Source of the DNA: a virus
Lineage: Duplodnaviria > Caudoviricetes
DNA length: 58,262 bases
Direction: 5' to 3' (one strand)
IMG/VR virus record: IMGVR_UViG_3300043637_000004
Coordinates: 1 to 58,262 of that record
Of the stretch, positions 44,877-53,873 are shown piece by piece (the stretch's first letter is position 1; each line of letters starts with the position of its first letter). A program made the position numbers and the translations under genes. Below the pieces are notes generated by a model, which saw only the letters and a program-made list of their open reading frames with translations, was not told the DNA's origin and did no database searches.

Positions 44877-45038
44877 ATGTTCACCACAATCACCGTCACC
44901 GCCGGCCTCTACGCTGGGGCCCTGCACCTGCTGAAGCTGGCGCGGTCGCGCATGCAGCCTTCGATGCCGCGCGAATTGATCGACGGCGTGCTCAAGGTGA
45001 TGGGTGGTGGCGGATCGGGACCGATCAAGCCGTCATGA
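44877..45038 (+). CDS. 53-aa peptide with a hydrophobic N-terminus and GGGGSGP tail
   Basis: AAGGA RBS; ATGA-coupled to the next gene. Confidence 0.6.
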   Translation: MFTTITVTAGLYAGALHLLKLARSRMQPSMPRELIDGVLKVMGGGGSGPIKPS

Positions 45039-45415
45039 AGTGGCTCATCGTCACCATGGGAATCGTCATGCTGGCGCTGACCTACGGCGAGCACTTGTTC
45101 CCAGCCGATTCCGTGCGCCCGCTGGCCCACTACGTGGCCGATGGGCTGCACATCGCCTGGCTCAACGCGCTGGTGCTGGTGGCCGCACTGATCGGCATGC
45201 ACCGAAGCCTGTGGCGGCTGGCGCTGGTTGGCATCACAGCGTGGGGCGCCACCGAGGGGATCATGACGGCGGCGTGCGGCATGCTCGACGCGCCGCGTGT
45301 CGTCACTGGGCAGTGGCAGGGCCTGTGCGGGGCCCGGGCCGGGCTACCATTGGCTGCCATCGGTCTATCCGCCTTCGGCGTGTTCGTGTCCACCTTATGG
45401 GGGCGCAGTGAGTGA
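45035..45415 (+). CDS. multi-pass membrane protein
   Basis: About four hydrophobic segments. Confidence 0.65.
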   Translation: MKWLIVTMGIVMLALTYGEHLFPADSVRPLAHYVADGLHIAWLNALVLVAALIGMHRSLWRLALVGITAWGATEGIMTAACGMLDAPRVVTGQWQGLCGARAGLPLAAIGLSAFGVFVSTLWGRSE

Positions 45416-45740
45416 TTTCAAACCCGAGGCACTGCTGGCAAACCCGCTGGTATCTGGACTGCTCGGCAGCATCATCGGGCTGCGGGCGATGAGTGGCACG
45501 AGCTGGTGGTTGCGGGCCTGCAACCTGTTTGGCGGCTGGGCGTGCGCGATCTTATTCGGCCCAGCGCTGGCCGGCTGGCTGGGCATGCTCGACACGCCGC
45601 ACGCGTTCGCTGGGGTGGTTGGTGCCACCGGGGCTTTTGGCCTGGTGGCCGTGGACGGCATGATCCGGTACATCCAGGAAACGCCGATCCTGGACGTGTT
45701 GACGAGGTTGCTGAACGTGTTCAGGGGAGGCGGGAAATGA
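45408..45740 (+). CDS. putative holin
   Basis: Three TM-like segments, charged C-terminus, upstream of the endolysin. Confidence 0.65.
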   Translation: MSDFKPEALLANPLVSGLLGSIIGLRAMSGTSWWLRACNLFGGWACAILFGPALAGWLGMLDTPHAFAGVVGATGAFGLVAVDGMIRYIQETPILDVLTRLLNVFRGGGK

Positions 45741-46012
45741 CACCGCAGATGGTCGGGTGGGTGCTGCTTGTCCTGGCGCTGATTCCGGCGCTGTCACAGA
45801 AGGTACAGACCGGCGTCACAAGCGCGCTGGGGCTGTGGCTGTTGGCATTGGCCGGGATCGCGCTGATTGCAGGCACCGGCGAGGGCGTGCGGGAATGGCT
45901 GCTCTGTGTCGGCTTGGTGCTGGCCGTGGCCGGCGAGGTGATGCACTGGCGCCGCACCGTCTCGCCGCGTCGTGCGAGATCGCAAAGGACTATCGATGCT
46001 GCGCGAGATTGA
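45737..46012 (+). CDS. second holin / antiholin-like membrane protein
   Basis: Three TM-like segments and an Arg-rich tail. Confidence 0.6.
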   Translation: MTPQMVGWVLLVLALIPALSQKVQTGVTSALGLWLLALAGIALIAGTGEGVREWLLCVGLVLAVAGEVMHWRRTVSPRRARSQRTIDAARD

Positions 46013-46478
46013 CCAGAATGCCATCGCCCCGGCGATGCTCTTGCTGCCCATGGCGATGGACTCGCCGCGGGCCCACATCCAGTTGCTGGCCATGGGGCTC
46101 CAAGAGTCCGCGCTGCGCTACCGGGTGCAGCACATGAACGGGCCTGCGCACGGGCTCTGGATGTTTGAGAGAGGCGGTGGCGTGCGGGGCGTGCTGGAAC
46201 ACCCAAGCACCTGCGCCATCGCGTTGAACGCCTGCGAGGCCCACCATGTGACCGCTGACGCTCAGAGCGTGTGGGAGGTGCTTCCAACGGATGATGTGCT
46301 GGCGGCTGCATTTGCGCGGCTGTTCTTGTGGACCGATGCCCACAATCTGCCGAACGACGCCCAGGGCGGGTGGCTGACCTACCTCAGAACCTGGCGCCCG
46401 GGCCGCCCCCGGCCCGACACCTGGCCGGCGTTCTACGCGCAGGCAGAAGACTGGGTGCTCCGCGGCGTGGACTCGTGA
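45996..46478 (+). CDS. endolysin (lysozyme-like fold)
   Basis: LLAMGLQES...RVQ...GPAHGLWMFE.GGG...ARLFLWTD...YLRTWRPG; between holins and spanins. Confidence 0.75.
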   Translation: MLREIDQNAIAPAMLLLPMAMDSPRAHIQLLAMGLQESALRYRVQHMNGPAHGLWMFERGGGVRGVLEHPSTCAIALNACEAHHVTADAQSVWEVLPTDDVLAAAFARLFLWTDAHNLPNDAQGGWLTYLRTWRPGRPRPDTWPAFYAQAEDWVLRGVDS

Positions 46479-46519
46479 GCGAGAATCGGTGCTCCACAAC
46501 CACTACGGAGCAACCGCTC

Positions 46520-46909
46520 ATGCACAACATCCAGTCCCCGCGCGCCGATGACGACGCCATCGAACAAGAGATCAAGGCCAAGGGCCTGACGGCGCCGCGA
46601 GTCACGCCGGCCGACATCGAAGCGAACATCTCCAGCGAGCACTACTTCACGGCCGAGGATGGCGCAGTCGGTGGCGGCATGATGCACGAGTCGGCGGCCC
46701 GGTCTGCGGCGCCTAGATCGCTCTCGTTGCTCACCTTCTGTGTGCTGGTGCTGCGCAACGGCTTCACGGTGACCGGAGAGTCTGCCTGCGCCAGCCCGGA
46801 GAACTTCGATGCCGACCTGGGCCGCAAGATCGCGCGGGCCAATGCGGTGAACAAGGTGTGGCCGCTGATGGGCTACGCGCTGAAGCAGAAGCTGGCGGAT
46901 GCCGCATGA
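46520..46909 (+). CDS. N4 gp49 / Sf6 gp66 family protein
   Basis: APRVTPADIEANI...LLTFCVLVLRNGFTVTGESACASPENFDADLGRKIA. Confidence 0.9.
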   Translation: MHNIQSPRADDDAIEQEIKAKGLTAPRVTPADIEANISSEHYFTAEDGAVGGGMMHESAARSAAPRSLSLLTFCVLVLRNGFTVTGESACASPENFDADLGRKIARANAVNKVWPLMGYALKQKLADAA

Positions 46910-47223
46910 CCATCATCACCCCCACCATCGGCCGCCGCGTGTGGTACTGGCCCAGCGAAGCCGAGTACCAAGCCAGCGCCAGCAACCGTACCATGGTTGA
47001 GCCGGCCATGCTGCTCAATGACCGCGACCAGCCGTGCGATGCCGGCATCTGCTACGTGCACACGGATGGCACGATCAACCTCACGGTGGCCGACCACACG
47101 GGCGCCATGCATGCTCGCCGCAGCGTGCCGCTTCTCCAGGATGATGCGGCGAGAGACCCAAACGGCTTGATCGGCTGTGCTGCCTGGATGCCGTACCAGA
47201 AGACGCAAGCCTCGAAGGCGTGA
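46906..47223 (+). CDS. conserved phage hypothetical protein
   Basis: PTIGRRVWYWP...QPCDAGICYVH...INLTVAD...WMPYQ. Confidence 0.7.
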   Translation: MTIITPTIGRRVWYWPSEAEYQASASNRTMVEPAMLLNDRDQPCDAGICYVHTDGTINLTVADHTGAMHARRSVPLLQDDAARDPNGLIGCAAWMPYQKTQASKA

Positions 47224-47224
47224 C

Positions 47225-47614
47225 GTGACACCCACCCAGATCGCTGCCGGCGTCACCATCGTCGGCGCCTTCCTGGGTGGGGCCTGGCTGGGCCGCGCCG
47301 CCGTCAAGTCCGACTGGGACGCGGAGCGCGCGCAGCAGGCCCGCGAGGTGGTGGCGCAGATGGAGAGGAGCATGGAGCGCCGGGCTGCCGCTGACCATGC
47401 GCTTGCCGGCGTGCAAACTGCGGTTCAGGCCGCGCTACGGAGAACCAATGCACCAGCCCAGCCGATCAAGTGCCCGCCGAGCGGCAACGCTCTCGATGCT
47501 CTCGTGCCTGGCCTGGGCGACCGGCTGCGGGCCATCGATGCCGCTGGTGGTGCGGGACCCGCCGCCGGTGTGGCGGCCGTGCCCGGATCAGGCGCCGCCA
47601 GTTCCAGCCGGTGA
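47225..47614 (+). CDS. i-spanin (Rz-like)
   Basis: N-terminal TM segment followed by a coiled coil. Confidence 0.7.
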   Translation: MTPTQIAAGVTIVGAFLGGAWLGRAAVKSDWDAERAQQAREVVAQMERSMERRAAADHALAGVQTAVQAALRRTNAPAQPIKCPPSGNALDALVPGLGDRLRAIDAAGGAGPAAGVAAVPGSGAASSSR

Positions 47615-47717
47615 GGTGACTGCCGGCCAGGCCGTGGAGCTGCTGGTGGGCACGCGGGCGGCGCTGGTGGTCTGTGATGCCCAGGGCCGGGCCGTGATCC
47701 AGGCGTGGCCTAGGTGA
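47448..47717 (+). CDS. o-spanin (Rz1-like lipoprotein), overlapping the i-spanin
   Basis: GGAG RBS, lipobox-like WATGC, Pro-rich, extra Cys residues. Confidence 0.7.
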   Translation: MHQPSRSSARRAATLSMLSCLAWATGCGPSMPLVVRDPPPVWRPCPDQAPPVPAGEVTAGQAVELLVGTRAALVVCDAQGRAVIQAWPR

Positions 47718-47791
47718 TGGAGCGGGCCGCCGGAATCGAACCGGCGTGATCTGCTTGGAAGGCAGAAGCCTTGCCACTCGGCCAGGCCCTC
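47718..47791 (-). tRNA. tRNA-Gly(TCC) with an A2-G71 mismatch
   Basis: Cloverleaf, anticodon arm TCTGC-CTTCCAA-GCAGA, GGTTCGATTCC T-arm, encoded CCA. Confidence 0.85.
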
Positions 47792-47965
47792 TTGTTGTTG
47801 CCGGCGCTCCCCCGGCTGTCGTCTTACCTCACGGGGCCTCATGCACCAGGACGCTCGGTGCGACTACTGCCGTGACAGGGGCGGCGACACGATGTCAATA
47901 CCCGCCCATCCATATGCCAGTTGTGGATCACTAGACTGGCCGCATCGATGGAGAGACTTGTGTTC

Positions 47966-48041
47966 TGGATGCGGGGGCCGGACTCGAACCGGCGACCATC
48001 GCGTTATGAGCGCGACTCTCTACCAACTGAGCTACCCCGCG
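47966..48041 (-). tRNA. tRNA with CAT anticodon, initiator-like acceptor stem (atypical)
   Basis: CGCGGGG/CCCCGCA acceptor with C1-A72 mismatch, TCGCG-CTCATAA-CGCGA anticodon arm, GGTTCGAGTCC T-arm, CCA. Confidence 0.88.
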
Positions 48042-48047
48042 GCGTGA

Positions 48048-48410
48048 TTATGGCGCGGGCGCCGGGTGGGCGGCCCTGAACGCTTCGTGCTCGGCGGTCT
48101 CGCGGTCGAACATGGCTTGCGCGCCGCCTTCGGCGTAGGCCGCATCCAGGTCCGGTAGGTGTCCTGGGCCGGCCAGCGTGTTGCAGATCCATTCCATGCA
48201 TGCACCCAAGCCCTCCAGGTTGCCATCGACGTAGGCGGCCCGAAGCGCCAGGATGTGGGCGTTCAGCGCATCGCCGAGAACGACGGCCCGGCGCTCGCTG
48301 CTGGCGGCCCCGACCGCGATGCCGGCGGCAAACAACTCCATATCCTCCAATGTGGGCACCACGCCCGGGAACCTTCGATTCCACGCGGCGGCGGCTTGTT
48401 CACTGTTCAT
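48048..48410 (-). CDS. hypothetical protein
   Basis: GGAG RBS; MEWICNTLAGPG. Confidence 0.6.
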   Translation of the reverse strand: MNSEQAAAAWNRRFPGVVPTLEDMELFAAGIAVGAASSERRAVVLGDALNAHILALRAAYVDGNLEGLGACMEWICNTLAGPGHLPDLDAAYAEGGAQAMFDRETAEHEAFRAAHPAPAP

Positions 48411-48570
48411 CGTCGTTCTCCAGTTCGTCGGGTTGCCGTGCATCCGGGTGGATGAGCGGGCTGTTGATGGCCCGCCGCTTGGCATACGCGATGCGCGCCT
48501 CCAGCGACTGGTGGCCAAGCTCGCGCAGGGCGTCTGCGCGGTCGAAGTCGAAATGCTCGGCCTGGTTCAT
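48400..48570 (-). CDS. small hypothetical protein
   Basis: Coupled ORF in the leftward operon. Confidence 0.45.
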   Translation of the reverse strand: MNQAEHFDFDRADALRELGHQSLEARIAYAKRRAINSPLIHPDARQPDELENDDEQ

Positions 48571-48688
48571 GGCTTTCCCACAATGACCAGCGCCAGCACG
48601 ACGCACACGCCAGAGACAACGGCCCGGCGCAGGCACTGGGTGATGATCCAGCACCAGCCGTAGCCGGCCATACAGTTGTGCGCGCGCT

Positions 48689-49369
48689 TCATGTCCGCAC
48701 CCCGTAGACGGCTTCGCACACGGCCTGGCACTTGTCGAGGCTGAAGTTGTTGTCGTCGTCGCGGATGCCGCTCTCCATGTCGATCCAGTAGGAGATGTCG
48801 CGCGAGCCGGCGATGTCTGCCACGTGCTGGGCGACGTTGTCCGGGCCGAGCCCGCCGGCGAACCCAAGGCGGCGGCCGAGCGGTGCCACGGCGGGCCACG
48901 ATGCCGGCACGAGGCCCTTGCCGCAGCTCTTGTCGTACAGCCACTCCACCGTCTGCGTGTCGGTCCGAATTTTCGGCCACGCGGTGGCGCACTGCATGAT
49001 GGGGGTGAGGTTGCGGCACTGGCCCCAGGCGGCGATCTTCGCGGCCTCGTGCACCGGCGCGCCGTTGATCTGGCCGCGGCCGACCTGGTAAAGGAGCATC
49101 TCGTCCAGGTCGGCAGGCAGGGCGTGGCCATCGATCACGCGCAGGGTGTAGTCGCCGCAGAGGTGCGCAGCCAGCCGCGGCCAGGGCCCGTGCTTGATGA
49201 GCTTGCGCACGAACGTCATCGGCGGATAGCGTGGGTCAACGCCCTGGCGCTTCGGGCTGAAGAGGATGCCCCATTCGATGGGGTAGAGCCTCGACAGCGC
49301 CTGCATTCGGTCCAGGTCGGTCCACTCGTCGGCGCCGGTGAAAGTGATGAAGGTCGGTAGTGTGGTCAC
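48689..49369 (-). CDS. TrpF/PRAI-like TIM-barrel phage protein
   Basis: ITFTGAD, EWGILFS, AAHLCG, LYDKSCGKG, GFAGGLGPDNV, WIDMESGIR. Confidence 0.75.
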   Translation of the reverse strand: MTTLPTFITFTGADEWTDLDRMQALSRLYPIEWGILFSPKRQGVDPRYPPMTFVRKLIKHGPWPRLAAHLCGDYTLRVIDGHALPADLDEMLLYQVGRGQINGAPVHEAAKIAAWGQCRNLTPIMQCATAWPKIRTDTQTVEWLYDKSCGKGLVPASWPAVAPLGRRLGFAGGLGPDNVAQHVADIAGSRDISYWIDMESGIRDDDNNFSLDKCQAVCEAVYGVRT

Positions 49370-49463
49370 GGTTTTCTCCAAGGTCTGCGCAGCACGTCGG
49401 CCAGCGCGTAAAACAAGCCGGCCAGCACGAAGCCGACCACGGTGGCGATGATGGAACGGCGCT

Positions 49464-49922
49464 TCATTGGTCACATCCTTTGCCGATCTGGCCGCGGTCA
49501 TCATGAGCCGTGAAGCGCTCAAAATGTACCCAACCGCCCACGCAATGGAACCCCCATTCACGGTAGGCTGGTCCGGTGATGAACAGCGTCCAGCACGGGC
49601 CCGCATGCAGCTCAATGCGATGCGCGAACTTGCCGCTTGGACGCACGCGCCACGCGCCCTGCCGAAGCAGGCGACGGCGGTGCACACCGCCCGCTGCAAT
49701 GGTGTGCTCGGTGTACTCGCCGCGGAGCAGCAGCGAGAAGTTTGCCCACGGATGGTCATGCATCGCCCGGTCATCGTCGCTGCGCAGGAAGTGGTGCAGG
49801 TAGACGTTGAAAAGCTTGTTGCGCGGCAGGATGTGCCATCGAAGCATGTAGGGGTCATCGTGGCCGCCGATCACCAGATCCGGCTGGCGTTGCGTTATGC
49901 GGTGGATGAACCGATGGATCAC
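49464..49922 (-). CDS. cupin-fold phage protein
   Basis: YLHHFLRSDDDRAMHDHPW..SLLLRGEYTE...HRIEL...WTLFITG...WGF. Confidence 0.75.
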   Translation of the reverse strand: MIHRFIHRITQRQPDLVIGGHDDPYMLRWHILPRNKLFNVYLHHFLRSDDDRAMHDHPWANFSLLLRGEYTEHTIAAGGVHRRRLLRQGAWRVRPSGKFAHRIELHAGPCWTLFITGPAYREWGFHCVGGWVHFERFTAHDDRGQIGKGCDQ

Positions 49923-50175
49923 GGCCGCCTCCCCGCTGTGCACATGGCCGCCACGAACACTTGGTCGTGTGCCAGCGGCCGGCCCCAGAGGATGAGCGCC
50001 TGCACGCGGTCGGCGCTTACGCCGTGGTCGCGCGGCGGAGGCGGGACCCAGCGGCAGCCGATCTCAAGGCCGGTGCTGGTGCGGTAGACCAGCTTCCCGC
50101 CGGGCCTGTCTCCCATGCGAGCGAAGCCGGTCCTGGCGCGCAGCACGCGCGGAGACACCATGCTGACGGCGCCCA

Positions 50176-50439
50176 TCAGTCAAGCCCAGCTTCAGCGGGC
50201 GCGGCACGCACCAAGCGCGCAGCTTCTTCAAAAGCATGCGCGAGTTGCTCTCGACGTTCCACGGACTTCGGCAGCCAGAATGTGACCGCGCTTCGGTCGT
50301 CATCGTGCGGCGGGTGATGCAGCATCGGTGACGAGTGCAGCATGAACTGAACCGCGCTGTAGGTGAGTCCGGTGTTGCTCATTTTGTTGAGCATGCAGAC
50401 TTCTTCAGTCAGCTCTTGGCTGTAGACGTTGATTCGCAT
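50176..50439 (-). CDS. hypothetical protein
   Basis: MRINVYSQELT...DDDRSAVTFW. Confidence 0.65.
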   Translation of the reverse strand: MRINVYSQELTEEVCMLNKMSNTGLTYSAVQFMLHSSPMLHHPPHDDDRSAVTFWLPKSVERREQLAHAFEEAARLVRAAPAEAGLD

Positions 50440-50440
50440 T

Positions 50441-50686
50441 TCAGATGCTTCCCTTGTTGCGCGGGTCAGGGTGCTGTCCGTCTTCCGGCGGCGGCGCGAC
50501 TGCCTGCACGCACGTCACGCCAAGGATCACATCGCCCGGCTTGGTGCTGTTGACCGTGGCAGCGGCTGCCTTGCACTCTGAGGCCGTGAAGCCGCGCTTC
50601 CAGGCGCTGCGGGGCTCCTGGTACGTGCTGCCGTCTGGTGCTGTGACCGTGGTCAGCACGATGACGATGAGGATGGTGTCGATCAT
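50441..50686 (-). CDS. small protein with an N-terminal hydrophobic segment
   Basis: ILIVIVL; GGAG RBS. Confidence 0.55.
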   Translation of the reverse strand: MIDTILIVIVLTTVTAPDGSTYQEPRSAWKRGFTASECKAAAATVNSTKPGDVILGVTCVQAVAPPPEDGQHPDPRNKGSI

Positions 50687-50874
50687 GTCTTTGGCTCCGT
50701 GGTGGTGTAGGTGATGCTGGTGTGCCGGCTGAGCATGAATGTCTTATCGCACCTCTCGCACTGCCAGTCGTCATCAAACTCAAGGCTGTTCGGGCGCCAC
50801 TCCCATGCGTCCTTGTGCACATGGCCGCAGTGCGGGCAGACCGGCCACACGGTATGCGTGGTGTCGATGGTCAT
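50683..50874 (-). CDS. small Zn-ribbon protein
   Basis: CPHCG...CERC. Confidence 0.65.
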   Translation of the reverse strand: MTIDTTHTVWPVCPHCGHVHKDAWEWRPNSLEFDDDWQCERCDKTFMLSRHTSITYTTTEPKT

Positions 50875-52832
50875 GGGAGTCGCAGCAGCTTGCGCGCGCT
50901 GGCCTCGACTGCGGCGCGCGCATCGACTTCGTTCTCACCAGACACCAGCGCACCGCGTCCCATGGCGCGCTGGTTCCAGGCCACGGCCTCGGCCAGCTTG
51001 TCCACCAGCCGCATGTGCTCCGCCAGCTCGGCGGCGGTGTCTCTCTGGGACGGCACGGACGCGGCAACTACAGAAGCGCGAAAGGCTCGCAACGCTGCAT
51101 AGAAGCCGTCGTTGTCGTAACTGCCGTTCGGGTGCGACTTCATGGCGGCAATCCATAGATGCAGCGTGTCGTCGCTCGCCGGCTCAGGCACCGCATGCAT
51201 GAACGTCTCCGCTGCCGGCGCGAGGTTGGCTGCGTCGATGGTCGGACCGGGCTCGGTGTCTATCGGTTGTCTGGCGCCGCAAATGTCGCATTGCTCCCCT
51301 GTATGCAGATGACACTCGCCGCACGGCGCCGCGGGGTTGGCTGCGTCGAACACAGGCTTTGGCCACGGTTCCGACCACTCCAATCCGCCCGGACGCACCT
51401 CCGTGCGGGTGAACGAGTCGATGCGCCGCACCTCTACCGGTGCGCCGCACGTCACGCAGGCGGCAACGCCAGCAGCTTCTGAGGCGGCGGCCGGAGAGCA
51501 CAACCCCATCGCCGCAGCATCGCAGTTCGTTGGGTCGCCGCAGCACGGCTGTGGGCGCCGATCCGGCGCATCCAAGTCCAGGATGTCGGGCTGCGCCAGC
51601 GTGACGGTGATACCGGCGCCGCCCATGTCAGCCAGCTTGCCGGCCTGCCATGGGCGCGGGCTGGGCAGGCTCGGTGCGGTGGTCAGCCCGTTCTGGGCGT
51701 CGTGCAGCGCCGCCACCAGGACCTTGGCTGACTCCTCAAGCTCCGCGATGCGCGCCTTTGCCGCGTCAGCCACGTCCTCGGCGTGCCGGGCCTGGGTTTT
51801 CGCTTCGTCGAGACGTTCGCACATGTTCTGCATTGCATAGTGCGCGAGGTCGGCCACGTGCGAATACCCGTCGGCCTTGAACCCGTGATTCGACAGCACC
51901 AGGAACACCCGGTCGATGGCCTCGCCGTACGCTTCCTTCTTCTGATGAATGAACTCCACGCTGTTGCCTCTGTACTGCATGCGCTCAGCAAGCGCTTTGT
52001 GCTGCTCAGTCAGCGCCGCAGCTTCAGCGCCCCACTCGGTGCGCATGCTGGCGATGCGGTTGAGCTCCTCCACCAGGTCGGCCTCCAGGCCGGCGACGCG
52101 TTCCTCAAGTTTCGCGCAGTTGGCCTGCTGTCTGCCAATGATGCCAAGCGCACCGATGGCAGTCATCGTCGGCCAGAAATCACCATCCTTGTCGTTTGCG
52201 ATGGCCCGCAGCTCGTCCAGAACTTTCTCCTCATAGTCACTGCCAGCCACCACTGGCATTGCCGCATCGCCAGCGGTCTGCGGCGCGCCGTACAGCGGAG
52301 TCCATGCGCCACTGCGCTTTCGCACATCGTCCATCTGCGCGTGCATCAGCGGGCCTTCGTACCCGCCGTCGCTGCGCCAGCGAACCCATGCGATGGGGTC
52401 GGCGCCAGCGGGCTGCACCGACGCAATTGCCGCCTCCCAGCACTCCGGTAGCAGCGCATCCCGCATTGCCTCCACGTCGCTGACGCGGTACATGCGTTGC
52501 TGCAACTCCGGCACGTTGTTGGCTCGCCAAGCTGCGAGCGATGCGGCGGGATGCGCGACACGCGGCGGAGCGCCAGGCACTTCCTGCATCGCCCGCCACA
52601 CGGAGTCTGCCGTGGCCGCGCGCGCGGCCTTTCCTTCTTCGCCACCAAACCCGCATTCATGCAGCGCCTGGGCGCCGGCCTCCATCTGCGCGATGCTCGG
52701 GTCGTCTTCGGTAGCCGCGCTGATCTGGGTCTCGTAGTGCCGGTGGGCTTCAGCGAGGGTGTCGCGCACGCTGGCAGGCGTGTAGGCCCAGTAATCAAGG
52801 ATTGGCTCGTACGGCTGCAGTTTGGTGCTCAT
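50871..52832 (-). CDS. large mosaic hypothetical protein with a coiled coil and Cys clusters
   Basis: AGGAGG RBS before ATG at 52832. Confidence 0.65.
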   Translation of the reverse strand: MSTKLQPYEPILDYWAYTPASVRDTLAEAHRHYETQISAATEDDPSIAQMEAGAQALHECGFGGEEGKAARAATADSVWRAMQEVPGAPPRVAHPAASLAAWRANNVPELQQRMYRVSDVEAMRDALLPECWEAAIASVQPAGADPIAWVRWRSDGGYEGPLMHAQMDDVRKRSGAWTPLYGAPQTAGDAAMPVVAGSDYEEKVLDELRAIANDKDGDFWPTMTAIGALGIIGRQQANCAKLEERVAGLEADLVEELNRIASMRTEWGAEAAALTEQHKALAERMQYRGNSVEFIHQKKEAYGEAIDRVFLVLSNHGFKADGYSHVADLAHYAMQNMCERLDEAKTQARHAEDVADAAKARIAELEESAKVLVAALHDAQNGLTTAPSLPSPRPWQAGKLADMGGAGITVTLAQPDILDLDAPDRRPQPCCGDPTNCDAAAMGLCSPAAASEAAGVAACVTCGAPVEVRRIDSFTRTEVRPGGLEWSEPWPKPVFDAANPAAPCGECHLHTGEQCDICGARQPIDTEPGPTIDAANLAPAAETFMHAVPEPASDDTLHLWIAAMKSHPNGSYDNDGFYAALRAFRASVVAASVPSQRDTAAELAEHMRLVDKLAEAVAWNQRAMGRGALVSGENEVDARAAVEASARKLLRLP

Positions 52833-53488
52833 GCCGAACCTCCTGCGACAGGGCGCCAAGCAACGATGTCGTTTGAGAGACCTTCTCGCAACGATTCGAC
52901 GCCGAGTTGCCACCAGCACCGCCCCACCAACGAACGCAAGTCTGTGAGGGTCGTGCATGGATTCCCATCACGCTGCCGGGTCTCGAACGCAATACCGGTC
53001 GGGACCGGGCAAAAGCTGTCGGAGCGAGGCTCGTGCGGGATCCATCCATACCCGTCGCAGTCGAGCCAGTGATCGGCCGCAGCCTGCCTCGCTGACCACG
53101 GACGCACGTCGCCCACGTTGTAGTGACCGGCGTACGCTTTGATGCACACCGCGTACGGCTCCGGCTTCGTGCCCACCATCGCAGCCCCACTCGCAGCGCT
53201 GCCAGAATCCGCCAGCGCGCGCGGCTGGGCCTGCATGGGAGACTTCGATGCCGGATCCAGGCTCTTGAGCCACTCGGCCAGGTCTTCGTTGTAGCTAGGT
53301 GGCAGCGGCAGATCCGCGGGCATGTGCACGCCGAGTTCGAATGCTCGCGTGGTAAGGCATTCGGCTGGATCGTCCAGCGGGCGCTGCGCCAGGTACGGCC
53401 GATCCAAGCGGTCGCCCGCGATCAGGTCTGAGGTTGCCCGGCACAGCGCGCGGTCCTGGGCGTCGAAAGAGTTCATCGGGACTCGCAT
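52829..53488 (-). CDS. hypothetical protein
   Basis: AGGAG RBS; GWIPH...CPVP...DIVAWRP. Confidence 0.65.
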   Translation of the reverse strand: MRVPMNSFDAQDRALCRATSDLIAGDRLDRPYLAQRPLDDPAECLTTRAFELGVHMPADLPLPPSYNEDLAEWLKSLDPASKSPMQAQPRALADSGSAASGAAMVGTKPEPYAVCIKAYAGHYNVGDVRPWSARQAAADHWLDCDGYGWIPHEPRSDSFCPVPTGIAFETRQRDGNPCTTLTDLRSLVGRCWWQLGVESLREGLSNDIVAWRPVAGGSA

Positions 53489-53555
53489 GAGGTTCTCCTG
53501 TTCGGTGGTTTGAATGTAGCCGTGCCGCGCCGGAGCGCAACACCTGGGTGGGTGG

Positions 53556-53873
53556 TCAGCAGTCCTCGGGCGGTATGCCTGCGGCCGGGATGGACGGACG
53601 GTCTGTCGGGTCAGGCTCTGCGGCCCCGCGGGCGGTGTTCTGCTTCGCCTGCCTGGCCAGGATCATTGCGTCTGCCACCTCGTAGGAATTCAATGCGAGC
53701 CGGTACACCGGGTTTTGGCGGGCCTTGTGGGCCGCGGCATAGAGCGCATCGGCAGCTTGACCAGGAACCATGTCCGTGGTGCATTGGGCCTGCATGGCCG
53801 CCGTGGCGAAATAGTCGCGTAGGGTCAGTTCCTCACACGAGGCGCATGGCGGGTTGTTGCTGTCAGTGTTCAA
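53556..53873 (-). CDS. LRDYFA-family phage protein
   Basis: TTG start with AAGGAG; LTLRDYFATAAMQA...YEVADAMILAR. Confidence 0.65.
   Translation of the reverse strand: MNTDSNNPPCASCEELTLRDYFATAAMQAQCTTDMVPGQAADALYAAAHKARQNPVYRLALNSYEVADAMILARQAKQNTARGAAEPDPTDRPSIPAAGIPPEDC

Noticed and set aside
47718-47791. tRNA-Gly as an attP site
   Set aside because: No integrase recognised and no duplicated tRNA 3' end in the window.
47792-47965. HDV-like (theta) ribozyme behind the tRNA(CAU)
   Set aside because: I could not build the nested double pseudoknot starting at the tRNA 3' end by eye.
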